Part shown: piece after piece, positions 1 to 13,628 of the stretch | How the letters are laid out: each line of letters opens with the position of its first letter | How positions within the stretch are numbered: the first letter of the stretch is position 1 | Origin: Mytilus edulis | Taxonomy: Eukaryota | Direction: 5' to 3' | Assembly (NCBI RefSeq): GCF_963676685.1 | Contig: NC_092354.1 | Location: 50,654,001-50,718,000 of the forward strand | Length of the DNA: 64,000 nucleotides | Notes under the pieces: generated by a model | The model's input: only the letters and a program-made list of their open reading frames with translations | What the model was told of the DNA's origin: nothing | The model's database searches: none | Program-made: the position numbers and the translations under genes

Positions 1-954
1 CGTAGTCAACTACGTATATATACGTCAGTAGTCTATTAATATAAGTTCAACTGATCACCCTGTTGGCGGCAATTTTGAAATAGAAGACGAAATTTTCGTA
101 TCTTTTCAATTTCAATTTGAACGCAAGGGTTCAAATAAGCGGTGGTCCAAGGTCTGCGACCTTCCACTTTTGCAGTCGGACTTTCTACTTGGTTACTAGC
201 TACGCCCGACGGACCTTGAAAGAAAATAAAAAAAATAACTTTGCAAACATTTTTACCGAAGTTTCCTAATAAACGATCTCAAACTTATTTCCATCATTAC
301 CATTCATGACAGCGATGTTCAATTTGTTCAACCGCTAGCTTTATACAGAAAATCGCCGATAAATAATGTGTAAATCCGAGTAAAATCGTATCTCACTATC
401 TGTCAAAAACAACATTGAAAACAAAATGGCTGCCGCGAGATTACAATATCGGATCCGATTCCGGAAGCGGATAAGGGTAATCCCGGGTTTTGGCTATCAA
501 CTACAAAAATCCAGACGGGACAAAATACATATATGCCTGGTAAATAAATATAAACACTAGAATTTAAAACCAAAAGATATATGATAACTTATAAGTGATT
601 ACTTTAAATTAAAAAAAAGTCCCTGACTTATATATGTAAAAGAAAGAAAAAGCAGAAAATATTTTGTACACCAATTTTAATGTCAAAATCCAATACAATG
701 TGACAGCTGGGAACATTTTATCTAACAATATATATGTTCCTGGTAACAGTATAATTTTTTTTTATCAGTTATAAATGTTGGTAATGAATGTTAAATGCTT
801 TTCAAGTTAAACATATTACTGCAATTTCAAGGGGTTCTTCTCAATTTTGATAGGTCAATTAAAATAGCTGGAAGTTTCTTATATAAAAAAAAAAGATGTG
901 GTATGATTGCCAATGAGACAACTATCCACAAGAGACCAACATGACCAAAACTTG

Positions 955-1800
955 GTAATGATCAAGATCCTCACCCCTAAACCATATATATTCATGTATG
1001 GGACAATATAACAAATCATATGAAATATAGGTGGAGTTCGTTGGGCCACTCTGACTACCCCTTTCTGTTTGAGAATTTATAACGGTCGATATCCACAATC
1101 TTAAACAATATATATTTATGTATGGGACAATATTACAAATCAAATGAATTATAAGGGGGTCCCTATGGTCACTGTACACCCTCCTGTTTGAGAACTTGGA
1201 AAAATTCGAGATCATCACCCCTTAACCATATAAATGATATATACTCATGTATAAGACTATATAACAAATCAAATGAAATATAGGGGAAGTCCCTGTGGTC
1301 ACCCTACCCCTCATGTTTAAGAACTTTGAAACAGTTGGGATCCCCAACTCTAAATTAAATGAAATATAGGGGGAGTCCCTGCAGTCACCTGATTGAGAAA
1401 TTGGAAACAGTCGAGATCCCCACCTTTAAATTAAACCATATATATTCATGTATGAGAACTAATCAAATGAAATATAGGGAGAGTCCTTAGGGTCACCCTA
1501 CCCACTCCTGTTTGATAACTTAGAAACAGATGAGATCCCCACCCCTCAACCATACATATTCATGTATTGGACAATATAACAAATCAAATGAAATATAGGG
1601 GAAGTCACTGGGGTCCCCCACCCCCTCCTGTTTGAAAACTTGATAACGGTCGAGATCCCCACCCATAAACCATATATATTCATGTATGGGACAATATAAA
1701 AAATCAAATGAAAAATAGGGGTAGTCCCTAGGGTCACCCCACACCCTCTTGTGTGTGTTTTGAGAACTTGTAAAAGATTGAGATACCTAAACCATATTCA
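955..1800. repeat. Degenerate tandem array, ~120-bp unit, about 7 copies
   Basis: The block accatatatattcatgtatgggacaatataacaaatcaaatgaaatataggg..gtccct..ggtcacc..cctcctgtttgagaactt recurs near 981, 1105, 1225, 1436, 1549 and 1668. Confidence 0.85.
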
Positions 1801-2392
1801 TTCCTGTTTTGTCATTTCAAAAAAGATTGAATGACATACAAGGTCAATCTCATAGGCGACACATATGCATATCACTTTCCTAGACCCTAACACTTGTCAT
1901 TTTATTCCAAACTGAGACATCATGGACTTGGGGTGAAGGTGGGAGTCATTTACATTTACTATGGACAGGTCAGTCAGACCTCACCATTGATCCCTGTAGT
2001 AGTAAACATTTGTCTGATTTGTGTCTGATTTGTACTTTTGTACTGTACAACACAAACTCAGTTTTCTTTCCAGGGAAGCAAGTCCATTCATACTTTTACA
2101 AGCTCGTACTAAAGTCAACTTGAACGACTAACAATCAACTAATACGAACAATTACGATCAACTAGAAGAACTGCAATCATTGCAAATTTGTACCACTGCT
2201 GACTCGTGAAAGACTCATAACCATTCGTGGTCATGTGCGTTGCTATTGAAAACCTTGATAAAATATGAATTATTTGCCTTAATGATTAATTCATTAAATG
2301 AACATAAATGTACAATTATATATGAATGTTTAATGTTTGATCTTTTAAATCTTTAAAAAAAAATTGAATCAACATTGCCACAGTTTTCATAA

Positions 2393-3157
2393 TTAACCGG
2401 ATTTTTGTGACAAAAATGTCGGTTATTGATTTGGGGATGTACGGCGGGCGTTCGGGCGGCAACAAATGTTGTCCGTGCATTTTCTCATGAACTGTTTAAC
2501 CAAAGCTTTTAAAATTTTAATATGTTGTTACTGATGACAAAATGGAGGTCAAGTTCAAGAATGACGATTTTGACTTTTACCGTTAAGGAGTTATGGTTCT
2601 TGAAAGATTGAAAAATGGCGTTTCCAGTCGGGTCCGTGCATTTACGCATGAACTGTTTAACCAAAGCTTCCCAAATTTTAATATGTTGTTACTGATAAAA
2701 AAATGGAGGTCAAGTTCAAGAATGACGATTTTGACTTTTACCGTTCAGGAGTTATGGTTCTTGAAAGATTGAAAAATGGCGTTTCCAGTCGTGTCCGTGC
2801 ATTTACGCATGAACTGTTCAATCAAAGCTTCTCAAATTTTAATATGTTGTTACTGATGACAAAATGGAGGTCAAGTTCAAGAATGACGATTTTGACTTTT
2901 ACCGTTCAGGAGTTATGGTTCTTGAAAGATTGAAAAATGGCGTTTCCAGTCGTGTTCCTGCATTTACTCATGATTCGAACTGTTCAACCAAAGCTTTTCA
3001 AATTTTAATATGTTGATACTGATGATAAAATGCAGGTCAAATTTGATATTGATGATTTTCACTTTCACCGTTCATCAGTTATGGTTCTTGTGATATTGCC
3101 AGGAGACAAATAAATGTTAATAAATCCGGTTTGCTGTCGTTGTGACAGCCTCTTGTT
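2393..3157 (+). mobile_element. Non-autonomous Helentron-like (HINE/DINE-type) element with 161-bp internal tandem repeats
   Basis: Subterminal inverted repeat taaccggattt / aaatccggttt, a ggcg microsatellite-like tract, about 4 units starting 2471/2632/2793/2954, and a 3' hairpin gctgtc-gttgt-gacagc. A second copy lies inverted at 8139-9048. Confidence 0.8.
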
Positions 3158-6100
3158 ATGTTTGCCTTGGTTTTTGGTTAACTGCCTACAGTGCTTACAG
3201 CGCTTTGATTATACAAAATCCATTGGAGATGTGTTGATTGATATTTCAGTCTTTAAAAGCATGTTGAAATTGGGTTTTGTTTTAAATGTTAACTTAATGG
3301 TTTCAATATGTTTGAGACCTTAAATCTATATCTGTAAATTAAGCAATTTTTACGTACATTAATTGTATGCAAAAGTTTTAACAATGGTCCAAAAAGCGAG
3401 AATAATTATGTATTTGAGAAATTCAGCTGCATGCAAATAAAGATCTCAATCATTATCCAATTATACAAAATGTATCCTTTCACTATTTTCGCAATAGTAA
3501 CAATGTTACAAAAATTTAGAATTTATTGTATTTTCTATGTAAGTACTCCTGTTCTTACATTGTGATCAAATTTAGAGTATTATATTATGTTATGATCCCA
3601 CCAGTAATCATATAACACAAGTAAAATTGTAAATTGTCTCCCTTGCAACAGATGTTGAAACTAGACGACATTTGTGAAAGTCTAAGTGATAAGGTCACAT
3701 AAGCAAGAAATAGTTAACAATATATGGGAAGGAAGTTGTTTTTAAAGATAAAAAATGTACACCTTTGTATTTTGTTTATGTTGAAATCTTGTTCAATTTA
3801 GGTATTTTGTAATCCACTCTTGATAGTTTTGAGTAGATGAAAACGGTTATGAATGGGTAATTGTGGTATATTCTATATTTCCAAAGGAAACAGAATTAAT
3901 TTTTTAAGAAGATTATAGATTTTACTAGGTTCTGATATGACATGATTTAAATTTCAATTATTTCCCTTGGTTGCCATTATGGGGAGGTAAATGTTTTTTT
4001 TTTTTTTCTTTTTTAATTAACCCAAACCAAATCTGATAAAAAAAAATCCTTACTAGATCTTCGTTATGAATCTAGCAAGGCTAATTGGTATTAAAATTAT
4101 TCAGAAAATATTATTTCTAATCAGCTATCAGCTAGTGTAATAATATGAAAAGGAGTATATGCACTTAACCTAGACCTCCAATGGGATGAAGAAAGAGAGG
4201 TAGCTCTTGCACTGATCATGCCAACCAGAACCTATCAAATGTGGGTATTGAACGTTATTGGGTTTCTTTTAGTATAAATGTATGAGTATGAGGAGCATTG
4301 AAACATGTCATGTAACAGATTTGTAGACTTTTATTTGTTTTTTAAGTTTCTCTTGTGGAACTGATAATGTTGTTGATCTGCAAGATGAATTTTCTCTGAA
4401 ATAATGTAAATAAACTGTAGTGAGTTCAGACCCTTGCAGTTCCTTAAGGTACTTCTCCTTAATTATAGGATTAAACACAGTTTTCCTAGAAGTTATTTAT
4501 GTGGAAATTATAATTATTGTATGTTACTCATGGACTTCAATATAAGATAAGTAAGTTTTATTTAAAGTCAGCAAATATGTACACAATATCAAATAAAATA
4601 TTAGCTCTGTTGAGCTCTTTAACTGAATTACAGCTTTAGTTGGGTATAGAAAATAATTTGTTATATAATGATTAAGTGCTGAGTGAAATTGTAAAATTGC
4701 ATTTATAAGTGGCAATCCATTTTTGTAAGTGCTGTCTTTAGGTATCATACACATTTTTATGGAACACTTTCTTAGTATGAGTGGGTAAGATGATTGTATG
4801 AATTAATTGTAAATGTGCCATTTATAATTTCTATAGTAAATTGTTTACAAGATTTTTATGTGATACACTGCTTAGTTTGTGATATAAATAACCATTGATA
4901 TTGTCATTAAGAAATGATAAATTAAAGGAGTAATGGTTATTATTATAATATATGTAATAAGTTAAGATGAAAATGTCAATCAAAGCAACTAGATATAATA
5001 GCTGGAAATACGATATTTCTTGTGCAGTGATGATTTTAATACTTTTTTCAAAATAATTGAAAATTAAAATTCTTATTGCAAACAAAATAAATTTTATTTA
5101 TTATAAACATATCCAGGAGATGTGCAGTATTCTAATTTTAATGGTTTGTGAAAAAAAAGCATTTGTTGGAAAAAAGGAAAAATTTGATTGGAAAAATAAG
5201 GTTTTCATTAAACGCGAAATTCATATATAGGAATGATGTGAGTAACCTCTTAGGCTGTCAGTGGGCTCATTTATGAAAATTTCTGGATCAGCCGCTAAAT
5301 GGGCCTTCAGATATAAATGTGAAGATTAGGAGTAAAATATTCCTCATGGCTATGCAATTGCACGCTATGAGTTATACAAATATTATTATGTTCAATATGT
5401 ATTGGTTAGTTACAGTCTTTTATAAGTTTTTGAGACATCATGTTATGAAGTCACTTAACTTGATTAAGATTTTCAGCATAAGGAAAAGATATCTTTTAGC
5501 GTATTTGTTATTGTATATAGTTGTAAATATGAGGTTAAATATGTATATCTGTGGTTAAATATTTATTTGTTATAGTCGGTATATAGATAAAAACAATGAT
5601 AACAAATTGCAAAAAGGTGTTGATTTTTCTTCTCGTTTTACATTAATTTCAAATATTTTTTCAAAAAATTTGTTCATAACATTTAGTTTAAAGTTTTTGG
5701 TAATTATATGTATGTGTAACTTCTCTTGTTTTGGTTTTGTACTAATATCTTAAAGGCCATGAACAAAATAGTTTCCTTGAAATAATGTTCAATCCTTTAA
5801 AGAAAAAGTATAGATAATGTATAAAACACATAATTGTAATTCACTGTTTTAGATATTACCTTTACTTTTTCTTTGACTTGATACATCAAATTGATTTCAA
5901 CTAACAAAAGATAGATTGAAGCTATTGCGTGAAGAGACCATTATGTCAGTATTTTCTATCTATTATTTTACTACTCAGTCCTAGGTTTAATTAAATGGTT
6001 CATGGTTTGATATTTTCCTCTTCAAAATGAAAAACCAAACCAAACTAAGATATGCTTCAAATCATCAGTTTGACACCAAAGCAACCAAGGCCAAATGAAA

Positions 6101-6719
6101 TCTTCCAACCTATACAGTCAGTATTTAATCTGAACCTTTATTATATATATGTGACAAAATTTTCAAAGATCAAACATAGACTGATAGTGTAGAAAGTACT
6201 GCAAATTCTGAAATTTTAGTGATGTTTTATTACAGCAAAAATTGTGATGTCAGATGGTATAGGTTTTAATTATAAATTTTGATTCAGTATTTTAATACAT
6301 CATACCTGATATTGTAATTATAAATCTCACATTTTTGTCATCGCTTAGCTTAACATTATTCCAAGATCATTCATGGAAAAGTTTTTTGAATTAAAAACCC
6401 TATCTGTTATTTTACAGATCATAACTATCAAATGATATCACTTTTTAATCATGGTTATACTGATGTAGGTCCACATTTTTTTTTGTCATTTCAAAACTTT
6501 TCTGTATTGGGTTGTTATTTCATTTTCTTATAAGGTCTTTCTTGTTATGATTATGTTATGCTTTGTTGTCAAATATTTTGTGTTTATTAAGATATTACTG
6601 TATAAAAATGTGAAATAAAAAGTATAATTTATTTAAAGATGATCTTGTGTTTAATTTGATACAAAATGTATGTCTACAAGTTCTTCCTAATATTGTACTT
6701 TAAGATATGCTATTTGACT

Positions 6720-7510
6720 TCTCACAGAAAGCTGGACATTGGGATAGTGATGCAGCTGTGGGGGTGGCCAGGGAGTGTTAGCTGACTTCTTACAAGCTTT
6801 AAATTTCAGAAGGTAGAATACCTAGATCCTTCATACTTTGTAGATAAATGCCTTATGATATGAAGTTTCCGTCTGCCATTTGTGGATTGTACTTGACCAT
6901 GTTTACATGGTTCAGTAACTACTTGAAAAAAAGTTAAGATTTTTAGTATTTTAAATTTCTCTCTTATTATGAGTAATAGGATAACTGTATTTGGTATGTA
7001 CCTACCTAGCAAGGTCCTTATACCCCTGTCAGACAGTTTTCACTTGACCTCGACCTCATATAATTGACCAGTGAACAAGGTTAAGTTTTGATGGTCAAGT
7101 CCATATTTGAGATACTATAAGCAATAGGTCTACTATAGTTTGTATATGGAATGATTGTAGGGTGTAAATGTCCAACTAGCAGATGTCGTCTGACCTTGAC
7201 CTCATTTGCATGGTTCAGTGGTTAAAGTAAAGTTTTCTGTTTTTGTATACTGTTTGAAATAGATCAACTATAGTTGGTGTATGAAAATATATTATGATGT
7301 GCATGTCAGTGGAGCATGTTTTATTTGACCTTGACCTCATTTTTAGGAGTCATTGCTCAGTGTTCATTTTTGGGATTTTTTTTAATACTATAAGCAATAA
7401 GTCAACTATATTTGGTGTATGGAATGATTGTAAGGTATACATGTCTGAATAGCAGGATTCATCTGACCTTGACCTCATTTTCATGGTTCATTGATCAATG
7501 TAATATTTTC
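6720..7510 (+). mobile_element. Degenerate Helentron-like element with ~140-bp internal repeats
   Basis: tgaccttgacctcattt..catggttca recurs near 7045, 7191, 7326 and 7464. Boundaries are approximate. Confidence 0.55.
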
Positions 7511-8138
7511 CTTTTAAAGTTTGTTTCTGAGATATGCAAAAGTGCAAATACATGTAAATATAATGCAATGATTGTAATGTGTACATGAATTTTTTTTCTC
7601 AATAAAACGCACACAGAAATAAATTCTTAAAGAACACTCGCATTTAGTATATGATATCCTACCATCTTTCACTATACTATCATCAGTTTTCTTCATGATA
7701 GATTTCGTAAAATGAAAACGTAATGAAAAGCATATAAACGCGTTTTTGAGCTATATCCGACATAAATCGGAAAAACTTAGATTTTTCTTTCTTCCAATAT
7801 GACAAATATAACTGCTCTAAATATTTTTGCATGCATTTAAATCATCAGATAAGTACAGAGTTGGGTAACATATATAACATTAACTATTATAGGAGTTAAC
7901 AGCAGAGACATGATGCATGTACGATCAACGTATTCAACTTCCAATGTTAGTAATACAATTTATATAAACTGATTGAGCAAAAACAGGATTAGAACGAAAT
8001 AATTGTTTTAAGCATTATTATTAGTGATGTCAACGAGTACTCAAGTATCGCTTGGTAGTATCGAGTATCCATTACCAAAATGATACTCGACTAATCAGTT
8101 TCCTGTTAGAATGTTGTTGTTCATAAGTTTAAACTAAA

Positions 8139-9048
8139 AACAAGAGGCAGTCACAACGACAGCAAACCGGATTTATTAATATTTATTTGTGTCCTGGCAA
8201 TATCACAAGAACCATTACTGATGAATGGTGAAAGTGAAAATCGTCAATATCAAATTTGACCTCCATTTTGTCATCAGTATCAACATATTAAAATTTGAAA
8301 AGCTTAGATTGAATGGTTCATGAGTAAATGCAACAACTTGAATGGAAACGCCATTTTACAATCTTTCAAGAACCATAACTCCTGAACGGTAAAAGTCAAA
8401 ATCGTCATTATTGAACTTGACCTCTATTTTGCCATCAGTAACAACATATAAAAATTTCAAAAGCTTTGGTTGAATGGTTCATGAGAAAATGCACGGACAC
8501 GACTGGAAACACCATTTTTCAATCTTTCAAGAACCATAACTCCTGAACGGTAAAAGTCAAAATCGTCTTTATTGAAGTTGACCTCTATTTTGTCATCAGT
8601 AACAACATATTAAAATTTGGGAAGCTTTGGTAGAACAGTTCATGCGTAAATGCACGGGCACGACTGGAAACTCCATTTTTCAATCTTTCAAGAACCATAA
8701 CTCCTGAACGGTAAAAGTCAAAATCGTCATTATTAAACTTGACCTCCATTTTGTCATCAGTAACAACATATTAAAATTTGGGAAGCTTTGGTAGAACAGT
8801 TCATGCGTAAATGCACGGACACGACTGGAAACTTCATTTTTCAAGAACCATAACTCCTGAACGGTAAAAGTCAAAATCGCCATTATTGAACTTGACCTTC
8901 ATTTAGTTGTCAGTAACAACATATTAAAATTTTAAAAGCTTTGGTTGAACGGTTCATGAGTTAATGCACGGACAACATTTGATTGCCGCCCGCCCGCCGT
9001 ACATCCCCAAATCAATAACCGACATTTTTGTCACAAAAATCCGGTTAA
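8139..9048 (-). mobile_element. Helentron-like element, same family as 2393-3157, ~5 units of ~161 bp
   Basis: Reverse complement of 2393-3157 including both termini, with about one extra repeat unit. Confidence 0.85.
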
Positions 9049-9542
9049 TAAACAGATGATCATGTAGTATATACGAAAAAGAGCATTTTCTAAGACTTAC
9101 ACTTTTAGAGAATCTTAAGTCAATTCCCAAACTCTGTACCGTCAGAGCATGTATATTATCATCAGTTTCCTAACAAATCTGAGAAATCGCTATGCCCCAG
9201 ATAAGGTTGACAACATAATATTTTTAGATAAGAGCAAATTTGTTGCACCCTGTGTTGATCCTCAGAAAATGATTAATTTCATCAGAAAGTATTAATTAGC
9301 ACTCATTTTGTTGATTATCAGGGTGTGTTTTTTTTTACGGTTCACAAATACTGCTATTTGAGAAATCATTTTTCTATAGATATTTATTAATTACTTTGTT
9401 ATCACCATTTTACATGATTAGTGCATATAGTAAATAAGCTATTGATTATGGTTTGAAATTTGTTTGACTATTGTCAAGTCCTATAGGGTTTTACGATAAG
9501 AAAACAACCCACAAAATATAAATGGTATAATTTTGTGTTCCG

Positions 9543-10207
9543 TTTTTATACGACCGCAAAAATTGAAAGTTTTTTTGTCGTATATTGGTATGACGTTGGC
9601 CTTGTCGTCCGTAGTCTTCAGCGTCCGAAGACTTTTGGTTTTCGCACTATAACTTTAGTATAAATGAATAGAAATCTATAAAATTTAAATACAAGGTTCA
9701 TGACCATAATGGAAGGTTTGGATTGATATTGGAAGTTTTGGTTCCAACAGTTTGGGAATTAAGGGCCAAAAAGGGCCTAAATAAGCATTTTCTTGGTTTT
9801 CGCACTATAACTTTAGTTTTAGTAAATAGAAATCTATGAAATTTTGACACAAGGTTTATGACTACTAAAGGAAGGTTGGGGGTGATTTTGGGAGTTTTGG
9901 TCTCAACAGTTTAGGAATATGGGGCCAAATAAAGGGCCCAAATAAACATTATTCTTGGTTTTCGCCCAATAACTTTAGTTTAAGTTAATAGAAATCAATC
10001 AAATTTAAACACAAGGTTTATGAACACAGAAGGAAGGTTGGGATTGATTTTGGGAGTTGAGGTCCCAACAGTTTAGAAATTAGGGGCCAAAAAGGGGCCC
10101 AAATAAGCATTTTTCTTGGTTTTCGCACCATAACTTAAGTATAAATAAATAGAAATCTATGAAACTCTGCGGTCGTATAAAGCTGCGCCCTGCGGAGCAT
10201 CTGCTTT
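9543..10207 (+). mobile_element. Helentron-like element with ~160-bp tandem repeats (second family)
   Basis: Subterminal IR ttatacgaccgca / tgcggtcgtataa, units marked by ttttcgcac at 9643/9801/9963/10124, and a short GC-rich 3' hairpin. Confidence 0.75.
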
Positions 10208-10469
10208 GTAAATGTTTTACTGATCGAGTACTCAAGTATCGCTCGGTAAATCCAACGATTAATCGATTAGTAAATCTTCACCGATTTGACATCCCTAATT
10301 ATTATACATTCATAAATAAAGGCAACAGTAGTATATCACTGTTTGAAAGTCATAAATCGAGTGAGAGAAAACAAATCCGGGTTTCAATCTAAAACTGTAG
10401 GAAACACATTCACTATAAATATGAAACAGAAATCCATATACATTTTGAAATGTATACCTAAAAAGTTTC

Positions 10470-10640
10470 TTATGCTATTTTGAACTTATCGTGTTTACCT
10501 ACAAAGCAAATCCGGTATGAAATCACGATTTTATTATTACAATTTTCCTGGCCTTGACAAGGTTGACTGTATGTGGTTTGTTTCCTGATGAAAAGCTGGT
10601 GACATTTAGAATAAGTTTAATTATCATCAATTACAAATTA
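10470..10640. promoter_or_regulatory. Orphan copy of the serpin upstream conserved non-coding block
   Basis: Aligns by eye with 16290-16440, 30335-30490, 35590-35740 and 41890-42040 (gcaaat..cacgatt.tattattaca..tggccttgac..tgtggtttgt..tgatgaaaa.ctg..atcatc.attac). Confidence 0.65.
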
Positions 10641-11874
10641 AGGTAATTACACTGTATACCACCATCTTGAATTGTACTTCACCAGAACACCATCCGCCCT
10701 GTTTTTTTTTTTTTTTTTTTTTTGGCTGAATCTGCAAATTTTATGACAGATTTACAGTATATGTATAAGACGTTAAATTTGGAATGAAAATAAGAAATGT
10801 ATTGTATTATCCAAAACGTGTAAACGAATACCAAAAACTTGCGTTTTTGCCAGGATATTTTTTTCAAATTAGCCATACAAGAGTCAATAACTTTTAAAGT
10901 AATCTTTTTATAATTAATGGAATGATGATTGAACTTTTCATTTTTTACTAGTAGAAGGAAAACAAATTCTGTAACACCACCGGATGGGGGTTACCTTAAG
11001 AAATGATAATGTGAAAAACAAAAAAAGAATACATGACAATTCACAACAAAAATAAGAAACATATAATATAAGGATGCTTCAAATTAAAGAATAGAGAATA
11101 ATAGGCAGAAACAAGCTCAACAAAATATTAAAAGTAAATCGACATTATTTGTGAGATGCTGATGAGAGATTTTCCGTTTAGAACTTTCCTCGGACTTTTA
11201 TCTTTGTTATTTTACTTTATACTTTAAAAGATCAAAGGAGATGGGACTTAGACGTCGAAATCTTTTAAATCCGCCACATATGCGCATGTGCGTGTCATTA
11301 TCATGATTCTGGCAAGTGGTTGTTTTTTGTCAATATTCATGTTTTTTTTTAAATCATTGGAGAAATTGTTGCGATTGAAGATAATTTTGTGATAATTTCT
11401 ATAGTTATAACTTGATATAGACTCTCAGCGATTTATAGCGGGACATATATGCTCATATTATTTGCTCATCTTACTGATAAAGATATATCTCCAACGATTT
11501 GTGGCGTGGTTCGTGTTGCTCAGTCTTTAGTTTTCTGTATTGTGTTTTGTTACAAGTTGTTTATCTTTTAATTTCTTTCTTGTTGCCATGGTGCATCTTC
11601 TGCCTCCCATTTGTACATAACAAATGTCCAAGACTGGATATTGACCTTGAGACATTTTGAAAAGGGTTAATAGATTTCCTTATATTAAACTCCACTTCCT
11701 TTAATATAAATGCACAACTGGTTCTCTAACATTGATATTATTAACACTACATGTAATTTCTCACCAAACAATCATTTATTTTTTGAAGTTTCTGTCATTT
11801 ATTTCGGGATTAAAACTGATATATATTATAGTGCTATGACATTTGCAGGAATACCCCAAATTTTGAAAGAAAAC

Positions 11875-12160
11875 TGTAAAATCACAAAAATACTGAACTC
11901 CGAGGAAAATTCAAAACGGAAAGACCCTAATCAAATGGCAAAATCAAATGATAAAAACACATCAAACGAATAGAAAACAACTGTCATATTCCTGACTTGG
12001 TACATGCATTTTCAAATGTAGAAAATGGTGGATTGATCGAGGTTTTTAAGCGTTAAACCTCTCACTTGTATGACACTCGCATCAAATTCCATTATATTTA
12101 CAACGATGCGTGAATAAAACGGACATTATGGGCAAATTGTCAAAATATGGGTACAGCAAG
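11875..12160 (-). repeat. Abundant interspersed repeat (same family as the insert at the S2 start codon)
   Basis: Reverse complement of 28632-28866. Further copies or fragments lie near 20790, 31790, 37075, 48490, 48930-49240, 53565 and 62095. Confidence 0.8.
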
Positions 12161-13485
12161 TAAACCTATGTTAGAAAACAAATCATTCCAAAACGCTCGT
12201 ACTTTCAAGCTCAATGGAATTTTCCACCAAACCATTTGATGATGTAAACCAAACGTTAGATATAGGACACGTGGTTTTCTGTGTACTTTGTTCGTAAAGA
12301 AACAAAAATAGGCGTAAGTGACTTTCTATTTGACTAAAAAAAAAACTAATTTTGCGAAAACGTATGGTTACCTTATTTGTGTTCAATTTACACTTTGATT
12401 TTTTCATTATTTAACATTATCTTAGAAGCGCTCTTCGCTGAAGTTTTGTCATTTTCCGTTAAAGTCTCTGCCATCAAACAGCCAATCAAATCATACAGAA
12501 TAATCACAAGACTGGTCACGAGGTTCACGATCTCGAAATGAGAAATTAGCAGTGACATTTCACTTGTCATTATTCCTGTAAAGATGTGCACACGTTGTTT
12601 TATATGGTTTTATCTAGTTTTGGTTTCATGTTTATGTCGTCGCAATAGAGCTGTTTTCTTCATGTTTCAGTTGTGCATGTTTTGTATGTAACATCCGTAT
12701 AATTATGCGAAAAAGACAAATTGTGAAACCACCCAGTGGCAGTATCAGGAGTTTGGGTTGACGTTTTGAGCGTACGCCCCTTTCTCATGAAAATGACATG
12801 CCGTCTTTCTTATCATCAAATGTTCTTACTTACATTTCTACCTATTTTTCATCTTTTGCAATTATAGTGTTCGTCAAATAATTATTATATTTTAATATGC
12901 GATTACTGTTTTGTTCTTATATAGTCTTACGATGTGCAAGCATCATCATCGTTTTGTATCGCAGTGTTACATTTAAATGTATAGTGTTGGGTTGTTGTAG
13001 TGGCCCTTATTGACGAAGAACACTATAACAAGACAAATATGAAACTTTTAAAACACCGGACCGAGAATGTTAAAGGTCATCAGAAGATGATGTAAGAAGT
13101 ATGTCAGATGTGAATGGGAACAGAAAATCTACGGATAATACTAATCAACATCTCCGGAAACACAACAAACAAACAAAATGCAACGAAAAACAGGTAGAAA
13201 CATAAACTAATGCTTTCAAAGGTGACACGATCTACAAAACTATCTATAATAGATATGTACTTACAGGAAGAAATTTACATAAAAGAAACCCACACAAAAT
13301 TTGTACAGAACATAGTAATGCAACAATACCTACTACCTACTGGGGGTATGCATCACCATAAATAGCGTTAAACATTTTGGTATTTAAGACATATTTTCAC
13401 ATTTTCATTAAACAAACGTATGAGGGTTAGTTAATTGATTAATGAAAAATAAGTTTTTACATACAATGATCGAAACAACTGAGAT

Positions 13486-13491
13486 TTTATT
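13486..13491 (-). promoter_or_regulatory. Probable poly(A) signal of S1 (AATAAA)
   Basis: AATAAA on the minus strand ~140 nt after the stop codon, conserved at the paralogous position behind S2 (27320-27325). S3 and S4 share one at 32289-32294 and 37583-37588. Confidence 0.5.
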
Positions 13492-13628
13492 AACTAGCTG
13501 AGCAGATATGTATGCATGATATTAAATGTCCAATTGTATTAAAGTAAAAAAAACCAAAATCAGTTGTTCCGGTAAATATTGTTAACTATTTTTGTACAAA
13601 ATAGTAGTCAAACCTATGTTACTATACA

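Larger units (their letters stand above)
8022..10297. mobile_element. Non-autonomous hAT-like element containing two nested elements
   Basis: TIRs tagtgatgtcaa / ttgacatcccta (11/12 match). Perfect 8-bp TSD ATTATTAT at 8014-8021 and 10298-10305. The subterminal motif cgagtactcaagtatcgct is present at both ends. Confidence 0.85.

Noticed and set aside
400-560. aaaATGGCtgccgc / ttccggaag region as a first exon or housekeeping promoter
   Set aside because: The ORF is only ~44 codons with no recognisable product or linked exons, and the motifs are too short to support a call.
922-2933. Short ORFs at 922-1744 and 2703-2933 (also 8680-8883)
   Set aside because: They are translations of tandem-repeat monomers.
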